This document shows positions 7,491 to 16,501 of a stretch of DNA of 64,000 nt, piece after piece. Location of the stretch: IMG/VR virus record IMGVR_UViG_3300034161_000008, positions 128,001 to 192,000 of that record. One strand, 5' to 3'. A model generated the notes under the pieces. It searched no databases. It saw only the letters and a program-made list of their open reading frames with translations, and was not told the DNA's origin. This DNA comes from a virus (Duplodnaviria > Caudoviricetes). The first letter of the stretch is position 1; each line of letters starts with the position of its first letter. The position numbers were made by a program, and so were the translations under genes.

Positions 7491-8843
7491 TTACGCGTCA
7501 GGTGCAACGCCAGCAGGACGCAGCTCAAGCTGCTTAACGCCGATCAGGTCAATGAACTGATCGTTGACCATGGTTTCGCCAATGATGCGCGACCAACGTT
7601 CCAGAGTCGGTTCTTCCAGGATCTTGGTGATCGGATACGTACCGATGAACTTGTCGCTATCGCCGGTGGTTTCAGCACGGATGCCGCGAGGCAGCAGCAC
7701 AAAGCTCACGATGCCGAGGTGGTAGGTGCCAGTCTTCTTCGGGTCTTCGTTGTCGCACAGGAAGCCGGTGAAGCGAGTGGCGTCGGGGTTGGTGAGGATC
7801 GTACGCTTGACATGCTCAGGCACGCTGTAGCCGTCACGCGAGATCAGGGTCAGCTCTTCCATGCGTTCACGGAACACACCGGTCTGGATGGTTTCGAGGA
7901 TGTCTGGACGATTGTCGTCAAACTCAATCGACAGGGCGTCAGCCTTCTCGATGTGGCCACCGATGCCGATCGAACGACCGTTAGCCAGGCGTTGTTCGCC
8001 AGACAGCTTGGTGCGTTCGTACAACACGATTTCCAGGGTATCGGCCAGATCGTCAGCGCCGTACTGGATGATGATGTCGTAGTTGATCAGGTGACGCTGG
8101 GTCGGATCGTTTTCCAGCTGCGCACGCTGGCGGAAGCTGAAGTGGCCAGCGCCGAGTAGGACGAAGTCTTGCAGCGAGATGCCGGTGGTTACGCCGTGCT
8201 TCATGCCCAGGAATTCGTTGACGAACGCTGCGTCAACCGACAGAATCCATTCGGTCTTTTCAGTCGAAGGATTGTGAACACGCTTTACGTATTCGCGCAG
8301 GAATTCCACGTCACGCTTGACAGCCCACGCAGGCAGCTCAACTGGCGGAATACCTTGCCACTCAGCCGGGAACTCAACGAACCCGTCTTTATAGTGGGTC
8401 AGCGTAGGCTCGTTACCACGAGTCAACTGCATGACTTCTTCGACACGTACTGGGGTTTGGATGAGCTCGCCTTGCGAATTCATAGGGAGGATAGGCGTTG
8501 AACGGCGGTTGTAGTTACCACGAACCACTTCCAGCTCAGCAACCCAGCCCGCATTCGCTACGCAACCACGGGACATGAAGAACGAACGCCCGGTCTGCGT
8601 ATCGATGTCGAGGGTCACGCCGACGCCGTCTTTGATTTCGACATCGATGACAATCTTCGGAGCGCGCCCTTCTGGCTGAGGCATCTCGTTGATCTTGGTT
8701 CCCGAGAACAGAACGCCGTCTTTGTCGAAGAGACCAACGAGCTTCACGCTTTCCAGATGGTCAGTGACGTCGCTATCAGGACCTTCCGTCAGGGTGAAAA
8801 TGCTGAATGGCTTACCCGATTCGATTTTAACTAGCAACTTCAT
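7491..8843 (-). CDS. Nudix/MutT-like phosphoesterase (COG4112-like C-terminal domain) with unknown N-terminal domain
   Basis: EQRLANGRSIGIGGHIE, GVFRERMEE and GFLCD...GTYHLGIV match the COG4112 pattern. Confidence 0.7.
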   Translation of the reverse strand: MKLLVKIESGKPFSIFTLTEGPDSDVTDHLESVKLVGLFDKDGVLFSGTKINEMPQPEGRAPKIVIDVEIKDGVGVTLDIDTQTGRSFFMSRGCVANAGWVAELEVVRGNYNRRSTPILPMNSQGELIQTPVRVEEVMQLTRGNEPTLTHYKDGFVEFPAEWQGIPPVELPAWAVKRDVEFLREYVKRVHNPSTEKTEWILSVDAAFVNEFLGMKHGVTTGISLQDFVLLGAGHFSFRQRAQLENDPTQRHLINYDIIIQYGADDLADTLEIVLYERTKLSGEQRLANGRSIGIGGHIEKADALSIEFDDNRPDILETIQTGVFRERMEELTLISRDGYSVPEHVKRTILTNPDATRFTGFLCDNEDPKKTGTYHLGIVSFVLLPRGIRAETTGDSDKFIGTYPITKILEEPTLERWSRIIGETMVNDQFIDLIGVKQLELRPAGVAPDA

Positions 8844-9598
8844 TACTTGTTTCCTTCTTGGCCGAAGATCTTGTTCAGGGTTGCATCCAACCGCTGTTCG
8901 TCTTCTGGAGTGGGTTTTGGTTTACCTTCCATGTCAACGGCGTTAACACGGTCCATTACATTAGTCCAGTCGGTAGAAAAAGACGGACGCATTCCAGCGT
9001 TGTACGACACGCGACCCCAGAACGATTCAACGTGCTGGTATTCGGTGTATTGCCAGCCCGGCGTAACTTCCTCGCCGGTGCCTTCTGCGAACAGCGGCAG
9101 GTAGCTGGTTTTGGAGTGGACGATGAATTGCTTGAGATCGAACTCCGGGAAGTACGAATCGGCCATCGGTACGTTCAGATCGATACGTGACATGAACACG
9201 TAGTCAGCCAACGGAAGTGCTTCGCGATAAAGCTTCTCACCACCAATCACCATCACCACTGGAGGGGCGTTCACGTTGATCAAATCGCGCGGCATGCGAC
9301 TCGCAACTGCCACCGCACCAGCCAGGGCTTCTGCGTAAGTTGGAAACACGATCCAGCCCGCTTCAACAAACGCACCCACGTCGCGATCAGCCACTACAAA
9401 GCACGTACGGTCTTTGAGGGCAGGGCCGATAGACTTGGCAGTGTTAGCCCCAGCAATCACCGCACGCCCCATGGTGAGCTTCTGGAAGTGCTTCATCTCA
9501 GAAGGTACTCGCCACGGCAACGTGTTCTTGTAGCCGATGACGTTATCGTTGGCGCAAGCCACTACTAATGCAACTTCGTAAGCTTTGGACATATTCAC
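8843..9598 (-). CDS. folA: Dihydrofolate reductase with C-terminal extension
   Basis: VVACANDNVIGYKNTLPW, EMKHFQKLT, VMVIGGEKLY, ADSYFPEFD. Confidence 0.92.
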   Translation of the reverse strand: MNMSKAYEVALVVACANDNVIGYKNTLPWRVPSEMKHFQKLTMGRAVIAGANTAKSIGPALKDRTCFVVADRDVGAFVEAGWIVFPTYAEALAGAVAVASRMPRDLINVNAPPVVMVIGGEKLYREALPLADYVFMSRIDLNVPMADSYFPEFDLKQFIVHSKTSYLPLFAEGTGEEVTPGWQYTEYQHVESFWGRVSYNAGMRPSFSTDWTNVMDRVNAVDMEGKPKPTPEDEQRLDATLNKIFGQEGNK

Positions 9599-11013
9599 AC
9601 CTGTAAGTGTTGACCGATAATCGAACGCGCTTCTTCTTGCTGCGCTTGCGTACCTACCGTACCCATCACGGCTAGAACCTGCAAGTCAGTCTGAGTCAGA
9701 TTGCGTTTGATCAATCGGTGTGGAATGGAGTTAACGAAGCCTTCGGCATCATCACGGTGTTCTAAGAAAAGAGCCTGTAGATCACAACCAGCGATTGGGA
9801 GAAACTCAGCCTGCACCGAACTGAAACGTAGGTGGAAGTCTGGGAACATCAGCCAGAGGTATTCGAGGATCTCGTCGTGACCCAGATAAGGTACTTCGTA
9901 CGTGTAGTCCACGCGTCCTTTACGAGTCAGTGCTTCGTCGATCTGATCCAGATGATTGGTGGTCATGAAGATCACTGTTTCATCCAGCGAGACCACGCCG
10001 TCGAGGGTGTTGAGGATCTTGGTCAGTGAAAGCATTTCGAAGTCCAGATCCGAGAAATTGAAGCTTTCCTTGGGTTGTAGTTCCGCCGAGCCGAGGACGT
10101 TCTTATCGCCAGGCTTTGCTCGCTCCAGCTTTGGACGGGCTGGCGCACGAGCCTTGGTAGCCTTAGCGCTGTCGAAGTCTTCGATGATGATGAAACAGTT
10201 TTTGGGGGCAGACTGCAAGGCCAGTTCAAAGGCAGAGTCAGACATGCCAGCAATGTTCAGCGTACAGATACTCTTACCGTAATAAGAGGCCAGTGCTTTG
10301 AGCAAGCTGGTCTTACCTGTGCCGGGACGGCCGTGCAGAATATAAGTCTGCTTGTAGGGCATCCCTTTGCTGGTGTACCACTCGCGTCCTTTAAAGAACG
10401 AGTCGAGGTTCTTGAGCAGCTCGGCTTTGAGCTTTTTATCGATGATCACTGTGTTCAGTGGTCGCTTAGGGATCTCAGTCAGCCATCGCCATTCGTCCTT
10501 GAAGACGTAGATGCCGATCTTGGAGCTGTCTGGTTTGTGGCGGAAGTCTTCGATCAGGTTCAGGATCGCTTGACGATTACGCCCCAACACACGGATCTTC
10601 ATCTCGTGCTTTTCTTTCTCGGAACCCGAAGACTCCAAGCGGCGCTTCTCGAACCAAAAGAAGTGCCCACGATAAAAGAAAAAATGAGACCCGAACCCAG
10701 GTCCCACCACGACAGTCTCGCCATCCCAGCCTCGACCATCGAGGGAGAGATAACGAGACCATCGTGACCAGCGGCTAGCAGTGAACCAGTTCATGAAGCC
10801 ATTGAACTGATGCGAGTTGCCTTCGTAGCCGCTGTTGTTCATTGTAAGCGTAGTGGTGAACTGGTTGAGGAAGAACGACCCAACCTTACGCGGAATGTCC
10901 CGCAACGCCCAGGTGAGCACTGTGAGTCCCCACAGTGAGATTGCTCCGGCGATGATCGGGCTGGTTTTCGCCAAGAGTTGAATCTGGTCGAACAGCGACT
11001 GGATGAGTTCCAT
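9595..11013 (-). CDS. BCS1-like membrane-anchored AAA+ ATPase
   Basis: N-terminal TM, BCS1_N-like PGFGSHFF, KRPLNTVII, WYTSKGMPYKQTYILHGRPGTGKT (Walker A), IIIEDFD (Walker B), TTNH, RKGRVD. Confidence 0.88.
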   Translation of the reverse strand: MELIQSLFDQIQLLAKTSPIIAGAISLWGLTVLTWALRDIPRKVGSFFLNQFTTTLTMNNSGYEGNSHQFNGFMNWFTASRWSRWSRYLSLDGRGWDGETVVVGPGFGSHFFFYRGHFFWFEKRRLESSGSEKEKHEMKIRVLGRNRQAILNLIEDFRHKPDSSKIGIYVFKDEWRWLTEIPKRPLNTVIIDKKLKAELLKNLDSFFKGREWYTSKGMPYKQTYILHGRPGTGKTSLLKALASYYGKSICTLNIAGMSDSAFELALQSAPKNCFIIIEDFDSAKATKARAPARPKLERAKPGDKNVLGSAELQPKESFNFSDLDFEMLSLTKILNTLDGVVSLDETVIFMTTNHLDQIDEALTRKGRVDYTYEVPYLGHDEILEYLWLMFPDFHLRFSSVQAEFLPIAGCDLQALFLEHRDDAEGFVNSIPHRLIKRNLTQTDLQVLAVMGTVGTQAQQEEARSIIGQHLQV

Positions 11014-11087
11014 TCTGGGTCCCTCGCTCCCGCAGCTTGTGGGCTGTCGAGAGCGTTATTAGTTTTCGGAGTTGGTCAGTCACGCAG

Positions 11088-11546
11088 TTAAATACCCAAC
11101 AGTTGGTAGAGTTCTTTGTAGAACAGTTCTTTGAGCTCTGGCGAACGGAACGTGACCCGGAGGATCTGAGACATGTAGACGCGCCGAGTACGCCCCACTG
11201 GAATGCCGCGAGCCTTGTTGGCAAGCTCTACTTCCATTATCAACTTTGCAGGAAGCCCCAACACCAGACGACGCATCAGGGTATTCAGCTGGATGTGGCC
11301 AGCGCCGGTAACTGCCATGATTACGTAACCCTGAACAGCGGTACGCTTTTCAGTGAAATGACCTTCGCAGCAGAAAGCCGTCGCCACACCCGTCAGACCG
11401 TTAAGGTACTTGATCAGCGGGATCATCAGCGGGTCAAACGTTTCAACGCCACCAGTGGAATTGATGTCGTCGTAACGCTTCTTTACAATTGCGTACGCCT
11501 CGTCAATAGAGGCGAGACCTTCAGTCGTTTCGATAGCTTGGCTCAT
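11088..11546 (-). CDS. Hypothetical protein with a D-x3-PLI-x2-LN...T-x2-CCEGH motif
   Basis: ORF coupled to upstream gene; motif loosely like the TYW3 N-terminus. Confidence 0.7.
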   Translation of the reverse strand: MSQAIETTEGLASIDEAYAIVKKRYDDINSTGGVETFDPLMIPLIKYLNGLTGVATAFCCEGHFTEKRTAVQGYVIMAVTGAGHIQLNTLMRRLVLGLPAKLIMEVELANKARGIPVGRTRRVYMSQILRVTFRSPELKELFYKELYQLLGI

Positions 11547-12040
11547 TTCGGACCCTTGATTTTCAGACCGCGCAGAGAGATGTTGAACTTAGCCGCCGAG
11601 ACTTCCATTTCCGTTTGGGTGAGTTGTTCCAGCAGCGTGCGAGTCCATGCCAGAGTCTGGGCGGTGGTCTTCGCTGTTGCTGCCTTGATCTTCCAGCGTT
11701 TGCACTCAGGACCCATCCGGATAGTGAATTCATCCCAGTCAGTAGACAGGTCCATCGTGGCATTGGAATCTACAAGAGACTCAGCGTAGTAACGACCCAT
11801 CCCACCTAAGATACGTGGCTGGCCACCATAACTCGGTAACTCACCGCCCAGTGCCGTAGGCTTCTGGCGGTTCCAAGGACCTTTTGGAATCATGCCACCC
11901 AGCGTCGGGTATTCGATCTGCGCATCGACACCTGCTGGGACATGTACTAACCCGCACTCGTTAGGGTGCAGCACGCGCTGTGGTTCCAATGCTGCCCGGA
12001 ACTCGTCAAGACGTTTCGGTATCTCAGTAGTCCGATTCAT
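11543..12040 (-). CDS. Hypothetical protein (MNRTTEIPK...)
   Basis: AAGGA RBS before ATG 12040. Confidence 0.7.
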   Translation of the reverse strand: MNRTTEIPKRLDEFRAALEPQRVLHPNECGLVHVPAGVDAQIEYPTLGGMIPKGPWNRQKPTALGGELPSYGGQPRILGGMGRYYAESLVDSNATMDLSTDWDEFTIRMGPECKRWKIKAATAKTTAQTLAWTRTLLEQLTQTEMEVSAAKFNISLRGLKIKGPK

Positions 12041-12809
12041 AAAAGTCCTTTGGCGAGCTGTAGAACGCATCAAGGTGGTCAACAGGAAGATTCAGAGTCG
12101 CACGGAAGTCAGCAGGCAGGCGAGCCAGCAAACCAGTACCGCGACCACTGGCGATTACGTACTCCGCCTGGATAGCGTGGTACTCGCTTTCCGGGGTGTC
12201 CGACTCTTCTTCCGGCTGAGTCATGTAAAGGTTGGCATTAGGCCAAGGCAGACGACCTGGCTTCTTCGGTAGGGTGTGGATGCCGGTGATAGGAATCGCT
12301 GGATCTACGAACAGACCTACTTCGATCTCCACCTCATTACCTGTGAAGCCGTGCTGGTGGTAGAGGATCACACTGATCTTGGCGCTGATCTCGCCAGCAT
12401 CTTGCGTCATCTCTAGAGCCAGCGCTTCGCAGACAGACACTTCATTACGAAGAGCATTCTGGAAGGTGTAGTCAGAGCCGAGCGTAACGTAGGCCCACTC
12501 GTCTTTGTACAGCGCCACCCCGTGATACGCCAAATCAACTGGAGGCATTACTGGGCGGTCCAAGAAATCGTCGATAGTGCGCGAAACAGTTTCCACTGGA
12601 TCTGCACTGGTAATGATCGCTTCAAAGATTGCTGGTCGAATGAAGTGATTGAGTTTCGCACGCATCCGTTTGGCGAACTTGATTAGGGCTTTGGGGTCAG
12701 AGTTCGATTCCTCGATAACCCGCCACAACACCAGTAGGACATCGAGTTGCGATTTGACTTGCTTGAAATCGTACTCGTCGAATACCGATACTTGTTTTTG
12801 CTTAGCCAC
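12024..12809 (-). CDS. Hypothetical protein (261 aa)
   Basis: GTG start with AGGA RBS, first gene after a terminator. Confidence 0.75.
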   Translation of the reverse strand: MAKQKQVSVFDEYDFKQVKSQLDVLLVLWRVIEESNSDPKALIKFAKRMRAKLNHFIRPAIFEAIITSADPVETVSRTIDDFLDRPVMPPVDLAYHGVALYKDEWAYVTLGSDYTFQNALRNEVSVCEALALEMTQDAGEISAKISVILYHQHGFTGNEVEIEVGLFVDPAIPITGIHTLPKKPGRLPWPNANLYMTQPEEESDTPESEYHAIQAEYVIASGRGTGLLARLPADFRATLNLPVDHLDAFYSSPKDFYESDY

Positions 12810-12856
12810 GACATTAATCCTGCGGGTTCTGTGCTCAGACTATGGTCCAAGAAGAT

Positions 12857-12884
12857 AAAAAAAGAAGGACCCGAAGGCCCCTCT
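12857..12884 (-). terminator. Intrinsic terminator
   Basis: AGAGGGGCC-TTCG-GGTCCTTCT followed by a T tract. Confidence 0.8.
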
Positions 12885-12895
12885 ATTTGCGTTTG

Positions 12896-13465
12896 TTAGA
12901 TACCTTTCAGCAAAGCGCGCAGCCGTGCTAAGTTTTCTGCTGCTTCAGCATTCGCCGCCGACTCTTCTTCCACTTGAGTGGCTACGGCTTCCAGCTGTTC
13001 AGCAATTGCGGTAATGCCTTTGGAGAACGAGGCATGTAGTTCGTTCACCTGGATAGCCAGAGCCAGCAGTACAGTGGCGGCAGTCGGCTTTGTTTCTACA
13101 GCTTCGTCACCACGCGATGTAGTCAGGTCGATTTTGTGGGCGACCACGATTTCGGTAGCTGCTGCACGAACTGGAGCGGATTGGCTGGACATCGGTTCAA
13201 CTTCCTTCTGCGGAATAGGAGTGTTTCGGGTAACAGCGACGCGTTGGTACAGGCCGGATTGAGGCTCGCGGATCAAACCAGCATCACGCATATCCCGCAA
13301 GCAGCCGCGCAGGGTATGGCTTGCGATCTGTTGTGCGCCAGTAAGACGAATTGCCTTGTTGATCGTTGCTTCTGTCCATGGTTCAGCAATCGGGACAGCT
13401 TCAAAGATCTTGCGGGCTTGGCTTGTTTGACCCTGTAGCAGCTGCTGTTGACGTGACTCTTTCAT
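12896..13465 (-). CDS. Winged-helix-like protein with C-terminal coiled coil
   Basis: MKESRQQQLLQGQTSQARKIFEAVP...LRDMRDAGLIREPQSGLYQR resembles a Pseudomonas prophage protein family (recalled); AAGGA RBS supports start 13465. Confidence 0.65.
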   Translation of the reverse strand: MKESRQQQLLQGQTSQARKIFEAVPIAEPWTEATINKAIRLTGAQQIASHTLRGCLRDMRDAGLIREPQSGLYQRVAVTRNTPIPQKEVEPMSSQSAPVRAAATEIVVAHKIDLTTSRGDEAVETKPTAATVLLALAIQVNELHASFSKGITAIAEQLEAVATQVEEESAANAEAAENLARLRALLKGI

Positions 13466-13513
13466 CCCAGCTTTCCTTAATTCTTGTCGTAACACATAGT
13501 ACATCGAAGGTGT

Positions 13514-13541
13514 AAAAAAGGAGGGGGTCACTACCCCCTCC
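13514..13541 (-). terminator. Intrinsic terminator
   Basis: GGAGGGGG-N6-CCCCCTCC followed by T6. Confidence 0.8.
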
Positions 13542-13547
13542 CGTACA

Positions 13548-14006
13548 TCAGATTGCCTTGCGGTGACGCCAGTACATGTGCGCTGGCGAAGCCATCAACA
13601 ACACGACAGAGATCCACAGACCCATTGGGCCTTGGATCAGTGCAGTAGGCAGAAGCATCACGATGATCATGCCGAAGGTGATCAGGTAAACGAAGTAGTT
13701 CCAGTAAGGAGCCACAGCCACTTCCTTCTCGCGATCAGTACCCATCCGAGCATCGATCTGTTGAGCGCCTTCGTCAGTGTTCAGCCACTTGAAAGCACAC
13801 CAGCCGTAGACCAGCGAAAAGACATAGAGGAACACCATGCCCAGCTGATAGCCGGCGATGCCGCAGAAACCCACGATCAGCGATACGAGGATCGCAGCAC
13901 CGAGGCCTTGCTTGAAGTGCTTGGCGGTTTCCTTCTGAGCTACGTCAGAAATGGTGTTGCCAGCCAGGAAGTTGCCCAGCTGAGTTACAGTGTTGAATGC
14001 GCCCAT
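13548..14006 (-). CDS. Multi-pass membrane protein (about 4 TM)
   Basis: Four hydrophobic segments; AAGGA RBS. Confidence 0.75.
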   Translation of the reverse strand: MGAFNTVTQLGNFLAGNTISDVAQKETAKHFKQGLGAAILVSLIVGFCGIAGYQLGMVFLYVFSLVYGWCAFKWLNTDEGAQQIDARMGTDREKEVAVAPYWNYFVYLITFGMIIVMLLPTALIQGPMGLWISVVLLMASPAHMYWRHRKAI

Positions 14007-14017
14007 TGCAGTATTCC

Positions 14018-14323
14018 TTATACGTCGAATTGGAGTTTCTCAAGTACACGCGCAGCATGCGGTGCATCATGAGAGGAGTGAGTGCCCAGGGTAGCAATCT
14101 CGAGAGACTGCGGAATATAGCCTTGGCGACCCAGTTGTTCAAACACGTCCATGATCGTTTCGTCACTAGCATCCGCCAGCACTTCAGGACGATCAAAAGA
14201 CAAACCCAGCTTCAACAGCTTGCCCGAAGCATCCCGGACAAACGCAGTGCCGTGTTGCGTGGTAGGGGTATCAGTATCGATAACCTCTACGCGGGTTTTA
14301 GGTGCACGAAAGAGAGACCACAT
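14018..14323 (-). CDS. Hypothetical protein
   Basis: TAATG coupling to upstream gene. Confidence 0.7.
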   Translation of the reverse strand: MWSLFRAPKTRVEVIDTDTPTTQHGTAFVRDASGKLLKLGLSFDRPEVLADASDETIMDVFEQLGRQGYIPQSLEIATLGTHSSHDAPHAARVLEKLQFDV

Positions 14324-14682
14324 TAGTTAGCCCCCACTTTAGGTTTTGCAGTAGTGCCAATCAACATGCCGTGATGCTTGGCATTCAGTTCGCGAAGAGA
14401 CTCCAGTGAGCCAAACTCGCCCAACAACTTTCGGACAGGCACAGTCAGGAAAAACTCCTTGGCATGGTCGCCGCCTTGGATAACCCAACCTTCCCGAACG
14501 ATCGCACCTTTGATCTGTGCGATGGTGTTATTCTCGATACGGCTGGTTTCTGCATACGCCCGCAATTCCTCGCGAGTGAAGGCAACCGTAATGTCTTCCA
14601 GATTACGCAAGCGCAGATTCAGGCGCAGGCGTTTCTTGACAGCCGAGACAATCCAATGGGTGAGCGTTTCGCGTTGAGACAT
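14323..14682 (-). CDS. Hypothetical basic protein
   Basis: AGGA RBS, first gene after a hairpin. Confidence 0.7.
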   Translation of the reverse strand: MSQRETLTHWIVSAVKKRLRLNLRLRNLEDITVAFTREELRAYAETSRIENNTIAQIKGAIVREGWVIQGGDHAKEFFLTVPVRKLLGEFGSLESLRELNAKHHGMLIGTTAKPKVGAN

Positions 14683-14745
14683 TGTTACGATTCCTACTTG
14701 TAGTAAAGGTGAGGGGGCTAGGTTGGCCCTTCGCCCCCGAGGGTA

Positions 14746-15168
14746 TTACGCCGCGACCTGGAGGGCCTCGGTTAACTCTGCTGCTGGCTCAATTGCCTTT
14801 TCGATCCAGACTTCATTGTCTTTCACGAAACGCACTGTGCCAACGAGGTGCCGCGAATCAGTGTATTGATCGCAGCACACGACCGTACCATTGGGCAGGG
14901 AGTTCAGAATGTCCTCCCAGTTGCTCGCCGGTACTGGTTCGGATTGACCCGCTACTGTGTAACCTACTTCGAGGAAACCCAGATTCTTGCGGATCACTGG
15001 TTTGGGCGGGCTCAACAGCGGGGTGGCGATGATCCCGAAGCTGATGCCCAAGAACTCGCGCGGGGCGTTGTTCTTGATTTCTTCACACACCCACGGACGG
15101 GTATCAACCACGTTGCCTTCGTGGATGAACTGAGCGAAACGGTGTTTGCGGATGAATTCTTTAAGCAT
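14746..15168 (-). CDS. Hypothetical protein
   Basis: AAGGA RBS; 8-nt overlap with upstream gene. Confidence 0.7.
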   Translation of the reverse strand: MLKEFIRKHRFAQFIHEGNVVDTRPWVCEEIKNNAPREFLGISFGIIATPLLSPPKPVIRKNLGFLEVGYTVAGQSEPVPASNWEDILNSLPNGTVVCCDQYTDSRHLVGTVRFVKDNEVWIEKAIEPAAELTEALQVAA

Positions 15169-15388
15169 GGTCGTTTTCCTTGTAGATCAGGTTGTATTCC
15201 TGGAGTGTACGTTCCAGGGCGGGGTTACGAGGGAAAGTCGCAAAAGGTAGGAAGGAGAGTTGATCACCTTCGAAATCACCTTCCACGGGTTCGTGCGAGA
15301 TACTGCGGGACAACCTATCAATAGCCGCTTGTTCACGGAGCGTAAGTTCGCGAGGCGGCTTTACTTTTTGGATGATGATACTACGCAT
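15161..15388 (-). CDS. Small hypothetical protein
   Basis: AAGGAG RBS after a terminator. Confidence 0.7.
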   Translation of the reverse strand: MRSIIIQKVKPPRELTLREQAAIDRLSRSISHEPVEGDFEGDQLSFLPFATFPRNPALERTLQEYNLIYKENDHA

Positions 15389-15405
15389 TGTTGCTCCTTG
15401 CGAAT

Positions 15406-15440
15406 AAAAAAGCCCGGAGTATTAACTCAAGAGACGGGCT
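15406..15440 (-). terminator. Intrinsic terminator
   Basis: AGCCCG...CGGGCT stem with inner GAG/CTC pairing, followed by T6. Confidence 0.7.
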
Positions 15441-15459
15441 ACGGAAATCGTGGGGAGCG

Positions 15460-15627
15460 CTACTCCCCGTTGATAGCTTTGCAGATCGATACGGACTTAC
15501 TCATCTGAGAGGTGCCCTGTGTTGGGCATGAAGGTTTCTCAAATGCGGCGATAGCGACCAGTGTTGCTGCGAGGGCTGCAAACACGCCAGCCACGATCAG
15601 CTTGTGGAGCGGGTTGACGTCAGCCAT
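15460..15627 (-). CDS. Small N-anchored protein with two Cys (55 aa, MADVNPLHKLIVAGVFAALAATLVAIAAFEKPSCPTQGTSQMSKSVSICKAINGE)
   Basis: Not in ORF track; AGGAG RBS, ATG 15627, TAG 15460. Confidence 0.65.
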   Translation of the reverse strand: MADVNPLHKLIVAGVFAALAATLVAIAAFEKPSCPTQGTSQMSKSVSICKAINGE

Positions 15628-15639
15628 GTTGCGTTCTCC

Positions 15640-15984
15640 TTAGAGGGCGTAGAGTTTCGGTTCGCCGTTTACACGGACTTCGATGTGCATGAGCTCGTAA
15701 CCGAGGTCACGCATTTGTTCGTAGATACCGCGGATGGTGCTACGGCTAGGTTCAGCCAGCAGGTCCGGTTTGTCAGCACGGAAGTTACGAGCGGTGTAAC
15801 CTTCGTGGTCTTGCTCGGTACGTTCAATCTTGCGAACCCAGACAGCGCCGTGTGCAGCGTGCGGGCACATTTGATCGTTCAGGGCCAGGCTTACAGTTTT
15901 AGCGCGCAGAAATTTCAACATTAGATAACACTCCGAAAGCGGGCTTGGGCGAGATTGCTTAGCCACTGGAAACAACGTTCTCAA
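15640..15984 (-). CDS. Hypothetical protein
   Basis: Coupled ORF in operon. Confidence 0.65.
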   Translation of the reverse strand: MRTLFPVAKQSRPSPLSECYLMLKFLRAKTVSLALNDQMCPHAAHGAVWVRKIERTEQDHEGYTARNFRADKPDLLAEPSRSTIRGIYEQMRDLGYELMHIEVRVNGEPKLYAL

Positions 15985-16172
15985 CTAAAGACTCGCTTGG
16001 CTGCGTAAAGTAGCAAAGCGATACCACCACCAGCCGCCAGGCTAGAGCTAGTCGCGTAGAACACAATGGCTTTCGCTGTTTGGTGAGGATCGTTACGGAA
16101 GCCATTGACCGCCATCCAGAGCAGCAAAGCAGCCAAAGAACAAAGGAAGAAGACTACGTATTTGTCATCCAT
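15981..16172 (-). CDS. Small two-TM membrane protein
   Basis: Two hydrophobic helices; coupled ORF. Confidence 0.7.
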   Translation of the reverse strand: MDDKYVVFFLCSLAALLLWMAVNGFRNDPHQTAKAIVFYATSSSLAAGGGIALLLYAAKRVFS

Positions 16173-16501
16173 CAGTCAGCCGCCTTATAGCTCTGGATGC
16201 TGTGTGGCAGGTAACCTTGGTTAACAGCCTGGGTCCAGATGTGGTAGATCACATCCGGGGTCATTACTGGTGCGTGCTCGCAACCGACGAAAGCGAAACG
16301 CACCGGCGAGTTGTCCAGCTTGAACTCGCGGTTGGTTACGACGATCACGCCGTGGCTAACCATGCCAGCAGTCTTACGGTGGAAAGCAACCGAGAGGTCA
16401 TAGACCGTCTTGGTTTTGGCCTTCCGGGAAAACAGGTTTTTCAGAGCACCCAACAGGGATGGTTGCACTGGAACTCGGATAGCATTTGGAAGAGTTTGCA
16501 T
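16172..16501 (-). CDS. Hypothetical protein
   Basis: GGAG RBS (ACGGAGCAATACCATG). Confidence 0.7.
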   Translation of the reverse strand: MQTLPNAIRVPVQPSLLGALKNLFSRKAKTKTVYDLSVAFHRKTAGMVSHGVIVVTNREFKLDNSPVRFAFVGCEHAPVMTPDVIYHIWTQAVNQGYLPHSIQSYKAAD

